DNA of 64,000 nucleotides from an uncultured candidate division Zixibacteria bacterium (GTDB lineage: Bacteria; Zixibacteria; MSB-5A5; UBA10806; 4484-95): the NCBI GenBank assembly GCA_963668625.2, contig CAXXKA010000001.1:612582-676581 (forward strand), in the 5' to 3' direction. This document shows positions 39,556 through 50,098 of the stretch, piece by piece. The notes beneath the pieces were generated by a model. The model worked only from the letters and a program-made list of their open reading frames with translations, ran no database searches and was not told the DNA's origin. Each line of letters begins with the position of its first letter. The first letter of the stretch is position 1. Made by a program: the position numbers and the translations under genes.

Positions 39556-40167
39556 ATGGGAGCTGTTGACACTCCACAACGCGAACCAAAACAAAAAAAG
39601 GGCAAAGGCGGCGGTAAGCTTAAACGCCCGAAACATCGTATCGGCGTAAAGATCGATATGACTCCGATGGTTGATATTGCGTTCCTGCTTCTGATCTTCT
39701 ACATGGTTACCACGGTTTTTTCAATGCCACAGTCCATGGAATTGAATTTACCTCCCAAACCCAAAGAAGATGATCCACCACCGGTACCTGTCGCTAAATC
39801 GAAACTGATGGAGATCATGGTTGACGCCTCCGGAAACATTTTCTGGCTACACACCCCCAAAGGGCAGCCGGATATGGAGCTTCCGGAGTATATCAAGTTG
39901 AATAGTCTTCGGTCATTCGTTGCCGATAAAATTTACGAAGAACCCAAGATGGTTATCGTATTGCGAATCGACCCCGAAAGTCGTTATGAGATGATGGTGA
40001 GTATCATCGACGACCTTCAGTTGATTGAAAGAGAGATTAAAGTCGAAAACCCGGATTGGTCACTGAGGTTTAGCCTTCAGGACATGACCCAGTGGGAATT
40101 CGAACTTATGGAGCGCGCCAAAGCCCAGATGGGCATGGGTGGTTCTGGTGAGGGGGAAACCTCATGA
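39556..40167 (+). CDS. exbD: ExbD/TolR family protein (second)
   Basis: DMTPMVDIAFLLLIFYM with a basic N-terminus. Confidence 0.9.
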   Translation: MGAVDTPQREPKQKKGKGGGKLKRPKHRIGVKIDMTPMVDIAFLLLIFYMVTTVFSMPQSMELNLPPKPKEDDPPPVPVAKSKLMEIMVDASGNIFWLHTPKGQPDMELPEYIKLNSLRSFVADKIYEEPKMVIVLRIDPESRYEMMVSIIDDLQLIEREIKVENPDWSLRFSLQDMTQWEFELMERAKAQMGMGGSGEGETS

Positions 40168-40901
40168 ATAGAACCCTTGCATTATTGGCAGGTTACGGCG
40201 CATTCGAGTTAAAACGGGCTTATCGTAAGAATATGGCTATTGGCATTCTGGCAGCCTGTGCTTTGCATCTGGTAATAATCGGCGGCGTGATCGTTATCAA
40301 TAAGATCAATTCCAAACCGCCGGTGGCTGTCGGTACGATTGTCTTGAAATCACAGGCGGATTTAGGCGCACCACCCACGTTATCGGCTAAAGAGATGCCG
40401 GTTCGTGTGGCCGCACCCGAAAGGGCCGCGCCATCGGTAGGTGTACCTACGCCGGTTCCTGATGAGGAAGCGCCGGAAGAGGTAGAGGTCGCCACGCTGG
40501 ATGATCTGGCGGCAATGGCCGCACCCGAGCCGGTTATGGATCTGGATGAGATGAATGATGCTGATATCATTATCGAAGATCTCGAGGATCTGCTGCCATC
40601 GCCGGATGAATTCGTTGCTTACGAGGAAGCGCCGGAGAAAATCGAAACTCCTCAGCTTAAATACCCGGAGATGGCTCGCCGAGCCAGTATCGAGGGCGTC
40701 GTCTTTATCAACGTACTGGTCGATAAAGAGGGTAAAGTTCGCGATACTAAAATCGTCAAAGAGTCCGGCGCCAATGCCGGGTTCGAGGATGCAGCCAAGG
40801 AGCAGGCGCTGGGAACACTGTGGAAACCCGCAATTTCCAACGGTCAGCCGGTGGCTGTCTGGGTAACTTACAAAGTAGTATTCAAACTTAGAGGCAATTG
40901 A
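40164..40901 (+). CDS. tonB: Energy transducer TonB
   Basis: YGAFELKR.Y, TM helix containing His, Pro/Glu linker, YPEMARR...G.V and WKPA C-domain. Confidence 0.88.
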   Translation: MNRTLALLAGYGAFELKRAYRKNMAIGILAACALHLVIIGGVIVINKINSKPPVAVGTIVLKSQADLGAPPTLSAKEMPVRVAAPERAAPSVGVPTPVPDEEAPEEVEVATLDDLAAMAAPEPVMDLDEMNDADIIIEDLEDLLPSPDEFVAYEEAPEKIETPQLKYPEMARRASIEGVVFINVLVDKEGKVRDTKIVKESGANAGFEDAAKEQALGTLWKPAISNGQPVAVWVTYKVVFKLRGN

Positions 40902-40926
40902 TTTGCTCTAAGCTGATTATCGATTA

Positions 40927-40958
40927 AAAGCCCGGCTTCCCCTTGCCGGGCTTTTTTT
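40927..40958 (+). terminator. Terminator after tonB
   Basis: Stem AGCCCGGC/GCCGGGCT followed by a T-run. Confidence 0.8.
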
Positions 40959-41092
40959 ATGGAATAAATCGAAATACCCCGGCGTATCTATTATAGAAAA
41001 CGAGAAAAAACATTCAGTCCGCGTGGCGCGGAAATTGAAAATTGAAATTATTCGATTGTTATATAAGTATGCTTAACCGGGAGGGTAAGGAT

Positions 41093-41656
41093 ATGGCTGG
41101 ATTCGATATTCAAAAAAGAGTGATCCCAACAAAAAATAAAACGTCTGGTAAAGTAAAATTCAAAGCCAAACGAACGGGAGTCAGAATTGATATGACGCCG
41201 ATGGTGGATATCGCATTTCTGCTGCTGATTTTCTACATGGTAACAACCGTTTTCTCTATGCCGCAATCACTGGAGTTGAATTTGCCGCCTAAAAGTGATG
41301 ACAAAATCGTTATCAGACAAAGCAGACTTCTTGAACTATGGGTGAACGACAGGGGAGAGCTATTCTGGTACCAACAGCGAAACGCGGACAACAGAATGGA
41401 AATGCCGGAAATGATTACCATGAATGATCTTCAGGATTTATTGATAGAGAAGAATAGCAGTGTGGAAAAACTCGTTACGGTGCTGAAAATCGATCCGGAG
41501 TGTCGCTACGAGGCGATGGTTCGCATTATCGATGATATTCAAATAGTCGAACGGATATTCAAGCAGATGGACCCCGGCTGGTCGTATAGATTCACTATTG
41601 ATGATATCTCCGAGTGGGAGATAGAACAGATGGGAAAAACGATTGCCTCAATGTAA
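41093..41656 (+). CDS. exbD: ExbD/TolR family protein (third; paralog of 39556-40167)
   Basis: IDMTPMVDIAFLLLIFYMVTTVFSMPQS.ELNLPPK shared with the second ExbD. Confidence 0.88.
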   Translation: MAGFDIQKRVIPTKNKTSGKVKFKAKRTGVRIDMTPMVDIAFLLLIFYMVTTVFSMPQSLELNLPPKSDDKIVIRQSRLLELWVNDRGELFWYQQRNADNRMEMPEMITMNDLQDLLIEKNSSVEKLVTVLKIDPECRYEAMVRIIDDIQIVERIFKQMDPGWSYRFTIDDISEWEIEQMGKTIASM

Positions 41657-41675
41657 CAATATATAGGAGGTTGTT

Positions 41676-42416
41676 ATGAAAAGAAAATCGAGAAATTTCG
41701 CCCGTTATGGTATGCTGGAGCTTAAGCGAAGCTACCGTAAAAACTTGTCCATTGGAATTTTCCTGGCCTGCCTGTTCAGTTTCAGCGCGGTCGGTGGCGC
41801 AATGATATTGAGTGATTCGGGGATGGAAGAGACTGAGTATTCGGAAAGGCCAATCGTGTTAGTAAATCCTGATACCTTGGATATCGAGTACCCGCCGCCA
41901 CCGCTACCTCCTGAAAGAGGAGAAGCGGTGGATATCCCCAAACCCGAGGATTTGAATATCGGGCCGCCTGTTGGCGTCGAGGACGAAGGAATTATTGATG
42001 AGGAAGAATTTGTCACCAACGATCAGCTGAAGTTTATTGATTCATATGAACCTACTACTAGTCTGGAAAGCCTCGAGGGAAAAGATATCCGGTTCGTAAA
42101 CGAGGAGGATGCGTTACCCTTGCCGGATAAGTTTGTTGCCTACGAGGAGGGGCCGGAGATTATCCAGAGGTCCATGCCGGCTTATCCCGAGATGGCGCGC
42201 CGTGCGGGTGTAACAGGTGATGTCTGGGTGAACGTGCTGGTTGACCAGAATGGCAAGGTTCGTGATGTTAAGATCGTGAATTGCAGCAATCGCGGCCTCG
42301 GGTTCGAAAAATCGGCTATGGAATCGGCGTACCAGAGCATGTGGAAACCGGCTATTTCGAACAATCAGCCGGTAGCGGTCTGGATCACCTATAAGATTTC
42401 GTTCAAACTCGCTTAG
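41676..42416 (+). CDS. tonB: Energy transducer TonB (second paralog)
   Basis: YG..ELKRSYRKN, YPEMARRAG and WKPAISN.QPVAVW motifs. Confidence 0.85.
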   Translation: MKRKSRNFARYGMLELKRSYRKNLSIGIFLACLFSFSAVGGAMILSDSGMEETEYSERPIVLVNPDTLDIEYPPPPLPPERGEAVDIPKPEDLNIGPPVGVEDEGIIDEEEFVTNDQLKFIDSYEPTTSLESLEGKDIRFVNEEDALPLPDKFVAYEEGPEIIQRSMPAYPEMARRAGVTGDVWVNVLVDQNGKVRDVKIVNCSNRGLGFEKSAMESAYQSMWKPAISNNQPVAVWITYKISFKLA

Positions 42417-42452
42417 CTATAGAGAATTATATTGTTTCGCTCCTTCCGTTTA

Positions 42453-42490
42453 GCCCGATCAGGTAATGCCTGATCGGGCATACCTTTTTG
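42453..42490 (+). terminator. Terminator after the second tonB
   Basis: Perfect 11-bp stem GCCCGATCAGG/CCTGATCGGGC with a T-rich tail. Confidence 0.7.
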
Positions 42491-42630
42491 TCAATATATA
42501 AATAAGAAACCGTAATTCGTAATATTACGTATATATGTGTAACTTCCCGTTCAATAATGTGTCTAATTTGTTGAACCGGGTAAATAGAATTAATTTGCAA
42601 TTTGAGGATAGCGGTAGTAAAATCACAGTT

Positions 42631-43329
42631 ATGAAAAAAACACTGATATCTTTAGCTTTGCTTTTACTGATATCCGGTACAATATCGAATAAAGCCCACG
42701 CCCAGCAGATGGAATTCAATGTTGGGTTCGCTTTTGACAACCCTAACGATGAACCTTTGCCTGCTTTATCGGGAGGTTTCGGATACAATTTCAGCGCCTG
42801 TTTATGGCTCAAAGAGAAATACGGACTGGCGGTAGGCGCGATGGGAACAAAGCATGAGTTCGATGCCGGTTCCCGTAATAACAGATCGTATCGCCTGAAT
42901 GCCGAAAGAGATGTCCTTTTCATCGAGGGCCGGTATAAAATGCACCAGACAAAAAGATGGGAATTTATCGGCCTGGCGGGTTACACATTCAACAATAATA
43001 TTCATGGAGGTGATAGTACCGGAGGCTATGTAGAATTTCAGGATAGCTCGAGTTTTGATAGCGAAAATATCGGTTATAAGGGTAGTGGTTATTGGCTCGG
43101 ATTATCGGTGCATCGCGCGATTCAGTCATTTCACCAGGGGTATTTCATGTTCGCGTCCGTGAGGTATATGATCGTAAAATACCGCACCAACCAATACTAC
43201 TATATCGAACCCGGAGAGGGTTCCCAGCATGATCTTTTGATCTACAGTGAAAGGGATTCGAATATCGATACCAACTCGCTGTCGATTCATCTAGGTGTCG
43301 TGCTCAGATTTGATTTCGATAATTTTTGA
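42631..43329 (+). CDS. Secreted protein, probable small outer-membrane beta-barrel
   Basis: Signal peptide ending AHA; amphipathic Gly/aromatic strands; terminal strand ending in F. Confidence 0.6.
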   Translation: MKKTLISLALLLLISGTISNKAHAQQMEFNVGFAFDNPNDEPLPALSGGFGYNFSACLWLKEKYGLAVGAMGTKHEFDAGSRNNRSYRLNAERDVLFIEGRYKMHQTKRWEFIGLAGYTFNNNIHGGDSTGGYVEFQDSSSFDSENIGYKGSGYWLGLSVHRAIQSFHQGYFMFASVRYMIVKYRTNQYYYIEPGEGSQHDLLIYSERDSNIDTNSLSIHLGVVLRFDFDNF

Positions 43330-43432
43330 ATATATGCGCACCCAACGTGTATACATGTATGAAAAGAAAACTCTTGAAACAAAACTGACTAGAGTACGTT
43401 ATACTTAATGTCGACAGAGGAAAGGATGTTTT

Positions 43433-44173
43433 ATGGAAGATGAAGTACAAGTTCAAAGCAATCCCGAGGTAGTAGCGGGACCAGGTTTCATTACAAACTT
43501 CGTCAACATCTTCGTGAATCCGCATAAAACTTTCATTGCGCTCGATCGAAAACCATCATGGTTAATCCCGGTAATCATCATGACACTTCTTACCCTGACG
43601 TTAACTTATCTTACGTTTCCGATTATCATGCAGAACCAGATGGAGAATATCAGGAATAATCCGAACATCCCTGCCGATCGGCTCGAGGCCATAGAGCAAC
43701 AGATGGCCGAGGCCGGGAATGCTCAAATGTATATTGGTGTTGGCACGCAGTTAATAGTGATACCAATAGTATATTTGATATTAGCTGGTATATTCTTTTT
43801 CGTTGGTTCGGTACTATTAGGCGGTAATGCACCATTCGTAAAGGTACTGGCGGTTTACGCCTGGTCATCGTTGATTGGCATTATCGGAATTATCGTTAAA
43901 ACGCCTTTAGTATTCATTAAAGAGAAAATCAATGTTCCAATCTCGCCGGCCTTGATATTGCCGGGGGATGCCGTGGATTCGGTGTTATACAGGATATTGT
44001 CCCAGTTTGATTTTTTCACGATCTGGCAATTGGCGGTTTTCGCTTACGGTTTTAGTATAGTTTATAGATTCAGTACGGGTAAGGCATTTACTACGGTGGG
44101 GGTACTCTGGGCAATCTGGATTGTGATTGTCGTAGTTGGATGGAATTTATTCAAAGGTTTCGGAATGATGTAA
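43433..44173 (+). CDS. Yip1-family membrane protein (YknW-like)
   Basis: P.KTF..L...P.W..P motif, 5 TMs and DFFTIW. Confidence 0.85.
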   Translation: MEDEVQVQSNPEVVAGPGFITNFVNIFVNPHKTFIALDRKPSWLIPVIIMTLLTLTLTYLTFPIIMQNQMENIRNNPNIPADRLEAIEQQMAEAGNAQMYIGVGTQLIVIPIVYLILAGIFFFVGSVLLGGNAPFVKVLAVYAWSSLIGIIGIIVKTPLVFIKEKINVPISPALILPGDAVDSVLYRILSQFDFFTIWQLAVFAYGFSIVYRFSTGKAFTTVGVLWAIWIVIVVVGWNLFKGFGMM

Positions 44174-44188
44174 TAGAAGGAGAAACTT

Positions 44189-45487
44189 ATGCGCCAAACC
44201 TTAGTAATTGGTATTACTTTTCTTTTCACGATTCTACTGGTAGTGCCCGGCACTGCTGAAACTCTAACACTTGATAAATGCATCGAGACCGCCCTGCAGC
44301 GAAACTACGGTGTGATCTCCGCGCAGAACACCTATGACGCCTCGAAATGGGATGTCTATTCCGCCTGGGGAAATATGCTGCCATCAATGTCGATTTCGGC
44401 CAGTAGGAACAGATCCTGGTCTGAGGCTATTGATCTGGATGCCGGAGCTACCTCAACCAGTTATGTCGGACACTCTGGCAGTATATCATTTAGCGGATCG
44501 TACAGCGGTTTGGGGCTTGGTCATTATGCCTCTATTAAGCAGAACAAAGCTAAGAAGAAATCTAATTACTTCAGTCTTGTCGATACTCAAGTTGAATTAG
44601 TACTTTCCGTTAAAGAAGCGTACTATAATGTAGTTAAAACCAAAATGTTAGTTGATGTTCAGGTTGATGCCGTTCGGCGTGGCGAAGAACAACTCAAGGT
44701 TGCCGAAAGCAGGTATGAATTAGGCTCGGCCTCCCTATCGGATGTTTTAAAAGCTAAGGTTCAGTATGGTAATGATAAACTCGATTTGATATCAGCCCGA
44801 AATAATTACGATATAGCCCGAGCGAATCTTAACTACACTATGGGTATTGATGTTTCCGAGGAGTTTGACGTTGTTGAGCAGTTTCCCGAAGATGAAACGG
44901 GTATCACATATAATGAGGCATTAAGCGAAGCTTTATCCAGCAACGCGTCACTATTGAAATCACGAAGTGATCTTGTCGCGGCGAAAGCTAATCACTGGTC
45001 GGCTCGTACCGCGTTTTTGCCTTCTCTGGGTTATAGCGTGAGTCATTCGACAAGCATTGCCAAGGATGTTCCCGGTGAACTTCTTTCATTCAGCGACAAC
45101 AATAATGGTTGGAGTTTCAGGTTATCCTTATCATTCAACATATTCAACGGCTTAAGCGATTATGCCAGTGTATATTCGGCAGGCAAAAGTGTTAGCACCT
45201 CGCGCGAGAATGTCAAAAACACCAAAAACTCCGTTGGTCTCGAAGTCAAGCAGGCGTACCTCGATGTTCAACAGAACATCGAAAAACTGAAATTGAACGA
45301 GGAATCGGTTGCCGCCGCTCAGGAGGACTTGAACATAGTTCGCGAAAAATACAAACTGGGCGCCGCTACCATTATCGAGGTTCTGGATGCCGAGGTTTCT
45401 TTCAAACAAGCACAGGTCAACCAGGTTGAGGCTCAATTCGATTACAATTTAGCGCTTTCCAGCCTGGAGAAAGTAATGGGCAGGTAA
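44189..45487 (+). CDS. TolC-family outer membrane efflux protein
   Basis: LTLD.CI..AL, two OEP repeats (YELG...DVL..., YKLG...EVLDA). Confidence 0.9.
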   Translation: MRQTLVIGITFLFTILLVVPGTAETLTLDKCIETALQRNYGVISAQNTYDASKWDVYSAWGNMLPSMSISASRNRSWSEAIDLDAGATSTSYVGHSGSISFSGSYSGLGLGHYASIKQNKAKKKSNYFSLVDTQVELVLSVKEAYYNVVKTKMLVDVQVDAVRRGEEQLKVAESRYELGSASLSDVLKAKVQYGNDKLDLISARNNYDIARANLNYTMGIDVSEEFDVVEQFPEDETGITYNEALSEALSSNASLLKSRSDLVAAKANHWSARTAFLPSLGYSVSHSTSIAKDVPGELLSFSDNNNGWSFRLSLSFNIFNGLSDYASVYSAGKSVSTSRENVKNTKNSVGLEVKQAYLDVQQNIEKLKLNEESVAAAQEDLNIVREKYKLGAATIIEVLDAEVSFKQAQVNQVEAQFDYNLALSSLEKVMGR

Positions 45488-45496
45488 GGGGGAATT

Positions 45497-46738
45497 TTGA
45501 AGAAAAGAAATAAAATATTCCTGATTATCGGTGCGGCTGTGGTGCTGGTGGCTTTCGTCATACTGGCTGTCGTGCAAAATCAGGAAAAGCTGATACCGGT
45601 TACGGTCGAGGAGGTCGAGCAGGGCAAGATAATCTCACTGGTCACCGCCAACGGCACCGTTGAGGCCGAAACGAAAGTTAATATTTCGGCGGATGTCATG
45701 GGACGTATCACGAATCTGCCGATTGTCGAAGGCGAATATGTTAAAAAAGGCGACCTTCTTCTTCAACTCGAAACCACTCAGGCTAGGGCCGATCTGGCCC
45801 AGATGGATGCGCTTCTAGCCTCGGCCAGAGTATCGCTCGAAGAGGCGGAGATAAATTTCAACCGTCAGAAAAAGCTGTTCGACAGGAATTTGATATCCGA
45901 AGCCGAGTATGATCTGGCGCGAACTCAGTTAGACAGGGCCAATGCTAATATTCAGCAGGCCGAGGCTAACCGCGACAGAGCGGCCGATCAGCTAGATAAA
46001 TGTACTATTAAAGCTCCGATGGCCGGTACTATCACGACCTTGAACTCAGAGGAGGGAGAGAACGTAATTATCGGCACGATGAACAACCTGGGTACTGTTA
46101 TAATGGTGATCTCGGACCTGTCGAAGATCGTAGTAAAAGTTGATGTCGACGAGACCGATATTGCCAGATTGAAACTCGATCAGAAGGTAGAGATATTCCT
46201 CGATGCTTTCCCGGATACCTCATTTGCCGGTACGGTTACCGAAATCGGAAACGCCGCCAAACTGACAGGGACATCGAGCGAGTTGGTTACCAATTTCGAG
46301 GTAACCGTACTTATTACCGAGGATATTCCGAATATCAAGCCGGGCATGAACGCCACGGTCGATATCACTACGGATGTTCGCGATAATGTCATCAAGATAC
46401 CGATTCAGGCCGTGGTAATGCGCGATGCTGATCATGCTAAAGAGAATGAAAAGGGTAACAACTCCTCGGAAGCCGTCGCCTCCGAAAACGGCGATATGAA
46501 AAACAAGGATGATGACGAAGAGGAAGAGGAGATCGAAGGCGTTTTCATTGTCGAGGATAAAGAGGTTAAATTCGTTCCGGTCACAACCGGAATCGCCGAC
46601 CAGCAGAATATCGAAATTACGAACGGGCTGGAGATCGGCGCTAAAGTAGTTACCGGATCGTATAAAACTTTGAGATCGCTAAAGCATGGCGATAAGGTTA
46701 AGCCGAACGAGAAAAAGTTCGACAAATTCGGTTCTTAA
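45497..46738 (+). CDS. MacA-like periplasmic adaptor
   Basis: VEGE.VKKGDLL, APMAG, VDETDI and KPGM motifs. Confidence 0.92.
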   Translation: MKKRNKIFLIIGAAVVLVAFVILAVVQNQEKLIPVTVEEVEQGKIISLVTANGTVEAETKVNISADVMGRITNLPIVEGEYVKKGDLLLQLETTQARADLAQMDALLASARVSLEEAEINFNRQKKLFDRNLISEAEYDLARTQLDRANANIQQAEANRDRAADQLDKCTIKAPMAGTITTLNSEEGENVIIGTMNNLGTVIMVISDLSKIVVKVDVDETDIARLKLDQKVEIFLDAFPDTSFAGTVTEIGNAAKLTGTSSELVTNFEVTVLITEDIPNIKPGMNATVDITTDVRDNVIKIPIQAVVMRDADHAKENEKGNNSSEAVASENGDMKNKDDDEEEEEIEGVFIVEDKEVKFVPVTTGIADQQNIEITNGLEIGAKVVTGSYKTLRSLKHGDKVKPNEKKFDKFGS

Positions 46739-46772
46739 GTCAGGATAAAGTAGATCCTTCAAGGAGATACAA

Positions 46773-47462
46773 TTGTTAATTAAAACTCACGAAATCAAGA
46801 AAAAGTACGTTATGGGCAAAGAGGTGGTCCATGCTCTTCGCGGCGTCAATATATATATCGAAAAGGGGGAGTATGTCGCGATTATGGGGCCGTCCGGCTC
46901 GGGCAAGTCTACCTTAATGAATCTGATCGGCTGTCTCGATACTCCCAGCGAAGGAGAGTACTACCTGAATAACAGGCGGGTGTCATCGCTAAACGATGAC
47001 GAACTGGCGTATATTCGTAATAAAGAAATTGGTTTCGTATTCCAGACATTTAATCTTCTGGCACGGGCATCGGCTTTACGTAACGTTGAACTACCGCTGA
47101 TTTATAACGGGACTAAAGGCGAAAACCGTCTGGAGAAGGCCCGCCTGGCGCTGGAGCACGTCGGATTGTCCGATAGGATGAATCATAAACCGAACGAGCT
47201 ATCCGGCGGACAACGTCAGAGGGTGGCAATCGCCCGGGCGCTGGTGAACAATCCCTCGCTGATACTCGCGGATGAGCCAACCGGTAATCTCGATACCAAA
47301 ACAGGCGATGAGATCATGGAACTGCTGGAACAACTGCATCAGCAGGGTAATACCATCGTTGTTGTCACGCACGAGAACGATATCGCCGCCAAGGCTCAAC
47401 GAGTAATATATATCCGCGACGGATTGGTAGAAAAGGAAGAGGATAATACGATAACGGCTTAA
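46773..47462 (+). CDS. MacB/LolD-type ABC ATP-binding protein
   Basis: [25 protein letters not shown] and ADEPTGNLD motifs. Confidence 0.95.
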   Translation: MLIKTHEIKKKYVMGKEVVHALRGVNIYIEKGEYVAIMGPSGSGKSTLMNLIGCLDTPSEGEYYLNNRRVSSLNDDELAYIRNKEIGFVFQTFNLLARASALRNVELPLIYNGTKGENRLEKARLALEHVGLSDRMNHKPNELSGGQRQRVAIARALVNNPSLILADEPTGNLDTKTGDEIMELLEQLHQQGNTIVVVTHENDIAAKAQRVIYIRDGLVEKEEDNTITA

Positions 47463-47478
47463 AGCAAAGCTGGTTGAT

Positions 47479-48696
47479 ATGCGTTTACATGAAGGTTCAT
47501 TCGTTGCTTTACGGGCTATATTAGCCAATAAGCTAAGATCGATTCTCACCCTTATAGGGATGATTATCGGCGTGGCTACGGTTATCGCCGTTGTTTCGGT
47601 AATAAACGGGATGAATAATTATGTCTCGAGTAAAATCAACTCGATGGGCTCCTCGACTTTCATCGTTGACCGTTACGGACTGGTCACCAGTGATGAGCAA
47701 TGGCGCGAGGTTCGGGGTCGTAAACCGATTACCATTGATGATATGTACGCCGTTGAAAGGTACTGTGAGGATTGTTTACTGGTCGGCGGAACCTCGTATA
47801 CTCGTCGAAACGTAAAGTATAAGGCTGATTATCTCGAGGATGTGACCATTGTCGGTTCCACCTCGAATTATGTCGAGGTTTCGGACATCGATATCGAATT
47901 CGGCCGTGTATTTCTTGATATTGATAATGAGCACAGGCGAGCGGTATGTCTTCTCGGCCCGGATATCGCCGAAAGATTATTTAAAGGCGAAGACCCGCTT
48001 AACAAGATGGTGAAAATCGGCAATTACTATTTTACCGCTGTCGGGGTCGCTAAAAAACGAGGCTCGTTCCTGGGCAACAACCAGGATGACTGGGTGGCTA
48101 TACCGCTTGAGACTTTCCAGAAATATTATGGCCGTCACAGATCGATTGATCTTCACGTCAAAGCTACATCGGCCTCATATATGGAGGAAGCCCAGGATCA
48201 GGTTCGGGTTATTTTAAGGAGCCGGCGGGGAGATCGTTATCATGATGATGATAGCTTCGGTATTTTCACGGCGGAGTCACTGATGGAGCTTTACAATAAT
48301 TTCACGAGTACGGCCTGGATCGTATTGGTTGGCGTATCGAGCATTTCGCTGGTAGTGGGGGGAATAGTTATTATGAATATCATGCTGGTATCTGTCACCG
48401 AACGAACCCGGGAGATAGGTATCCGCAAAGCAATAGGCGCGAAAAAGAGCGACATATTATGGCAGTTTTTAATCGAATCGGTAATTCTATCGTTAATAGG
48501 CGGGGCGTTAGGGGTAACGCTGGGAGCTGTGCTTGCCGGAATAGTCGGGGCGGCCAGCCCGTTACCTGCCAAGGTTGAACTATGGGCGGTATTGACCGGC
48601 CTGGGTATCTCCTCATCGGTTGGATTGTTTTTCGGCGTATTTCCAGCGATGAAAGCGGCTAAGCTCGATCCGGTGGAATGCCTTCATTATGAATAG
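47479..48696 (+). CDS. MacB-type ABC permease
   Basis: RS.LT.IG and GGIVIMNIMLVSVTERTREIGIRKAIGA motifs. Confidence 0.93.
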   Translation: MRLHEGSFVALRAILANKLRSILTLIGMIIGVATVIAVVSVINGMNNYVSSKINSMGSSTFIVDRYGLVTSDEQWREVRGRKPITIDDMYAVERYCEDCLLVGGTSYTRRNVKYKADYLEDVTIVGSTSNYVEVSDIDIEFGRVFLDIDNEHRRAVCLLGPDIAERLFKGEDPLNKMVKIGNYYFTAVGVAKKRGSFLGNNQDDWVAIPLETFQKYYGRHRSIDLHVKATSASYMEEAQDQVRVILRSRRGDRYHDDDSFGIFTAESLMELYNNFTSTAWIVLVGVSSISLVVGGIVIMNIMLVSVTERTREIGIRKAIGAKKSDILWQFLIESVILSLIGGALGVTLGAVLAGIVGAASPLPAKVELWAVLTGLGISSSVGLFFGVFPAMKAAKLDPVECLHYE

Positions 48697-48707
48697 AAAG
48701 TAAAAAC

Positions 48708-49952
48708 ATGCTGAAACTGAACGAATTCGGCGAAAGCCTCAAAATGGCCCTCGGCACTCTCAAGGCCCACAAGATGAGATCGTTTCTTACGATTCTTGGC
48801 GTACTCATCGGGGTTACCTCTATTATAGGTATGGTTTCGCTTATCGAGGGCTTGAACGATTCGATGGCTCAGCAGATAGAGGGTATGGGATCAAGCGTTA
48901 TTTATGTATCCAAATACAAGCCGGGTATACAAACCGGTCGCCGCAGTTCCTCGGAGCGGAACCGGCCCTGGATTACTTTCGAGGATGCCAAAGCAATCGA
49001 GAAATATTGCCCGGCAATAGAGGCTGTCTCGCCTCAGAATTATTTTACTCAATCAGGCGGCAATGTAGCTAAATTCAAATCTTATACGGCCAAGAATTTC
49101 CGCTTTTTCGGAACGCTTCCCGGTTATGAGCTGGTAAACAGCGCTTTCGTGGAAAGTGGACGATTTCTAACTGACACCGATATCAAATACCGGGCATTCG
49201 TGGCCGTTATCGGTCAAGAGGTAAGGAATAACTTATTTCCGGGCATCGATCCTATCGGCAAAGAGATAATGGTCAATGATGATAAATTCACGGTCATCGG
49301 TGTAATGGAAGAACGTCAAACCGTAATGGGCAGCGACGAGAATAATTTTATCCTGATATCTTATGGCGCTTTCGAGAAAACCCATCCCGAGGAGAAAGCT
49401 CTGTGGCTGGCATGCAAGGCTCGCGGGCCGGAATTGATGCAGGAAGCTCAGGATCAGATAACCGACTTGATGCGTCGCCGCCACGGATTGAAATATCATG
49501 ATGAGAACGATTTCGCGGTATTTACTCAGGAAAGCCTGATGGAAATATGGGAGCAGCTTACCCAGGCTATCTGGTTGGTTATGATTATTATCTCATCTAT
49601 CGGTTTGATGGTTGGCGGTGTTGGCGTGATGAATATCATGCTGGTATCGGTGACCGAGCGTACGAAGGAAATAGGCATAAGAAAAGCCGTGGGGGCAAAA
49701 AGATCCAGCATACTCTGGCAATTCCTCATCGAGGCAATGGTACTGTCCGCATTCGGAGGTGTTCTGGGTATACTGATAGGAATAGGTCTTTCCCAAATGA
49801 TTGCCGCTGTCTCGCCGTTACCGGCGGTCGTATCAATTCCCTGGGTAGTGATCGGTTTTTGCTTTTCGGTAGGAGTTGCTCTGGTTTTCGGTATTTACCC
49901 GGCCGCTCGCGCCTCCAGGCTCGATCCGATCGAGTGTTTGCACTACGAATAA
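48708..49952 (+). CDS. MacB-type ABC permease (second)
   Basis: RSFLTILG and GGVGVMNIMLVSVTERTKEIG motifs. Confidence 0.93.
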   Translation: MLKLNEFGESLKMALGTLKAHKMRSFLTILGVLIGVTSIIGMVSLIEGLNDSMAQQIEGMGSSVIYVSKYKPGIQTGRRSSSERNRPWITFEDAKAIEKYCPAIEAVSPQNYFTQSGGNVAKFKSYTAKNFRFFGTLPGYELVNSAFVESGRFLTDTDIKYRAFVAVIGQEVRNNLFPGIDPIGKEIMVNDDKFTVIGVMEERQTVMGSDENNFILISYGAFEKTHPEEKALWLACKARGPELMQEAQDQITDLMRRRHGLKYHDENDFAVFTQESLMEIWEQLTQAIWLVMIIISSIGLMVGGVGVMNIMLVSVTERTKEIGIRKAVGAKRSSILWQFLIEAMVLSAFGGVLGILIGIGLSQMIAAVSPLPAVVSIPWVVIGFCFSVGVALVFGIYPAARASRLDPIECLHYE

Positions 49953-50098
49953 AAGAAACATTGGAATTTTTTCGTAAGTTTATAGTATAAATATATAACG
50001 AGCATATTAAATATGCTCCGATATTTGAAATTGGGCTTTAAATATCAATTTTACAGCCGATTGAATTATTAAAACGAAATATTTGGAGGCTTTAGAAT

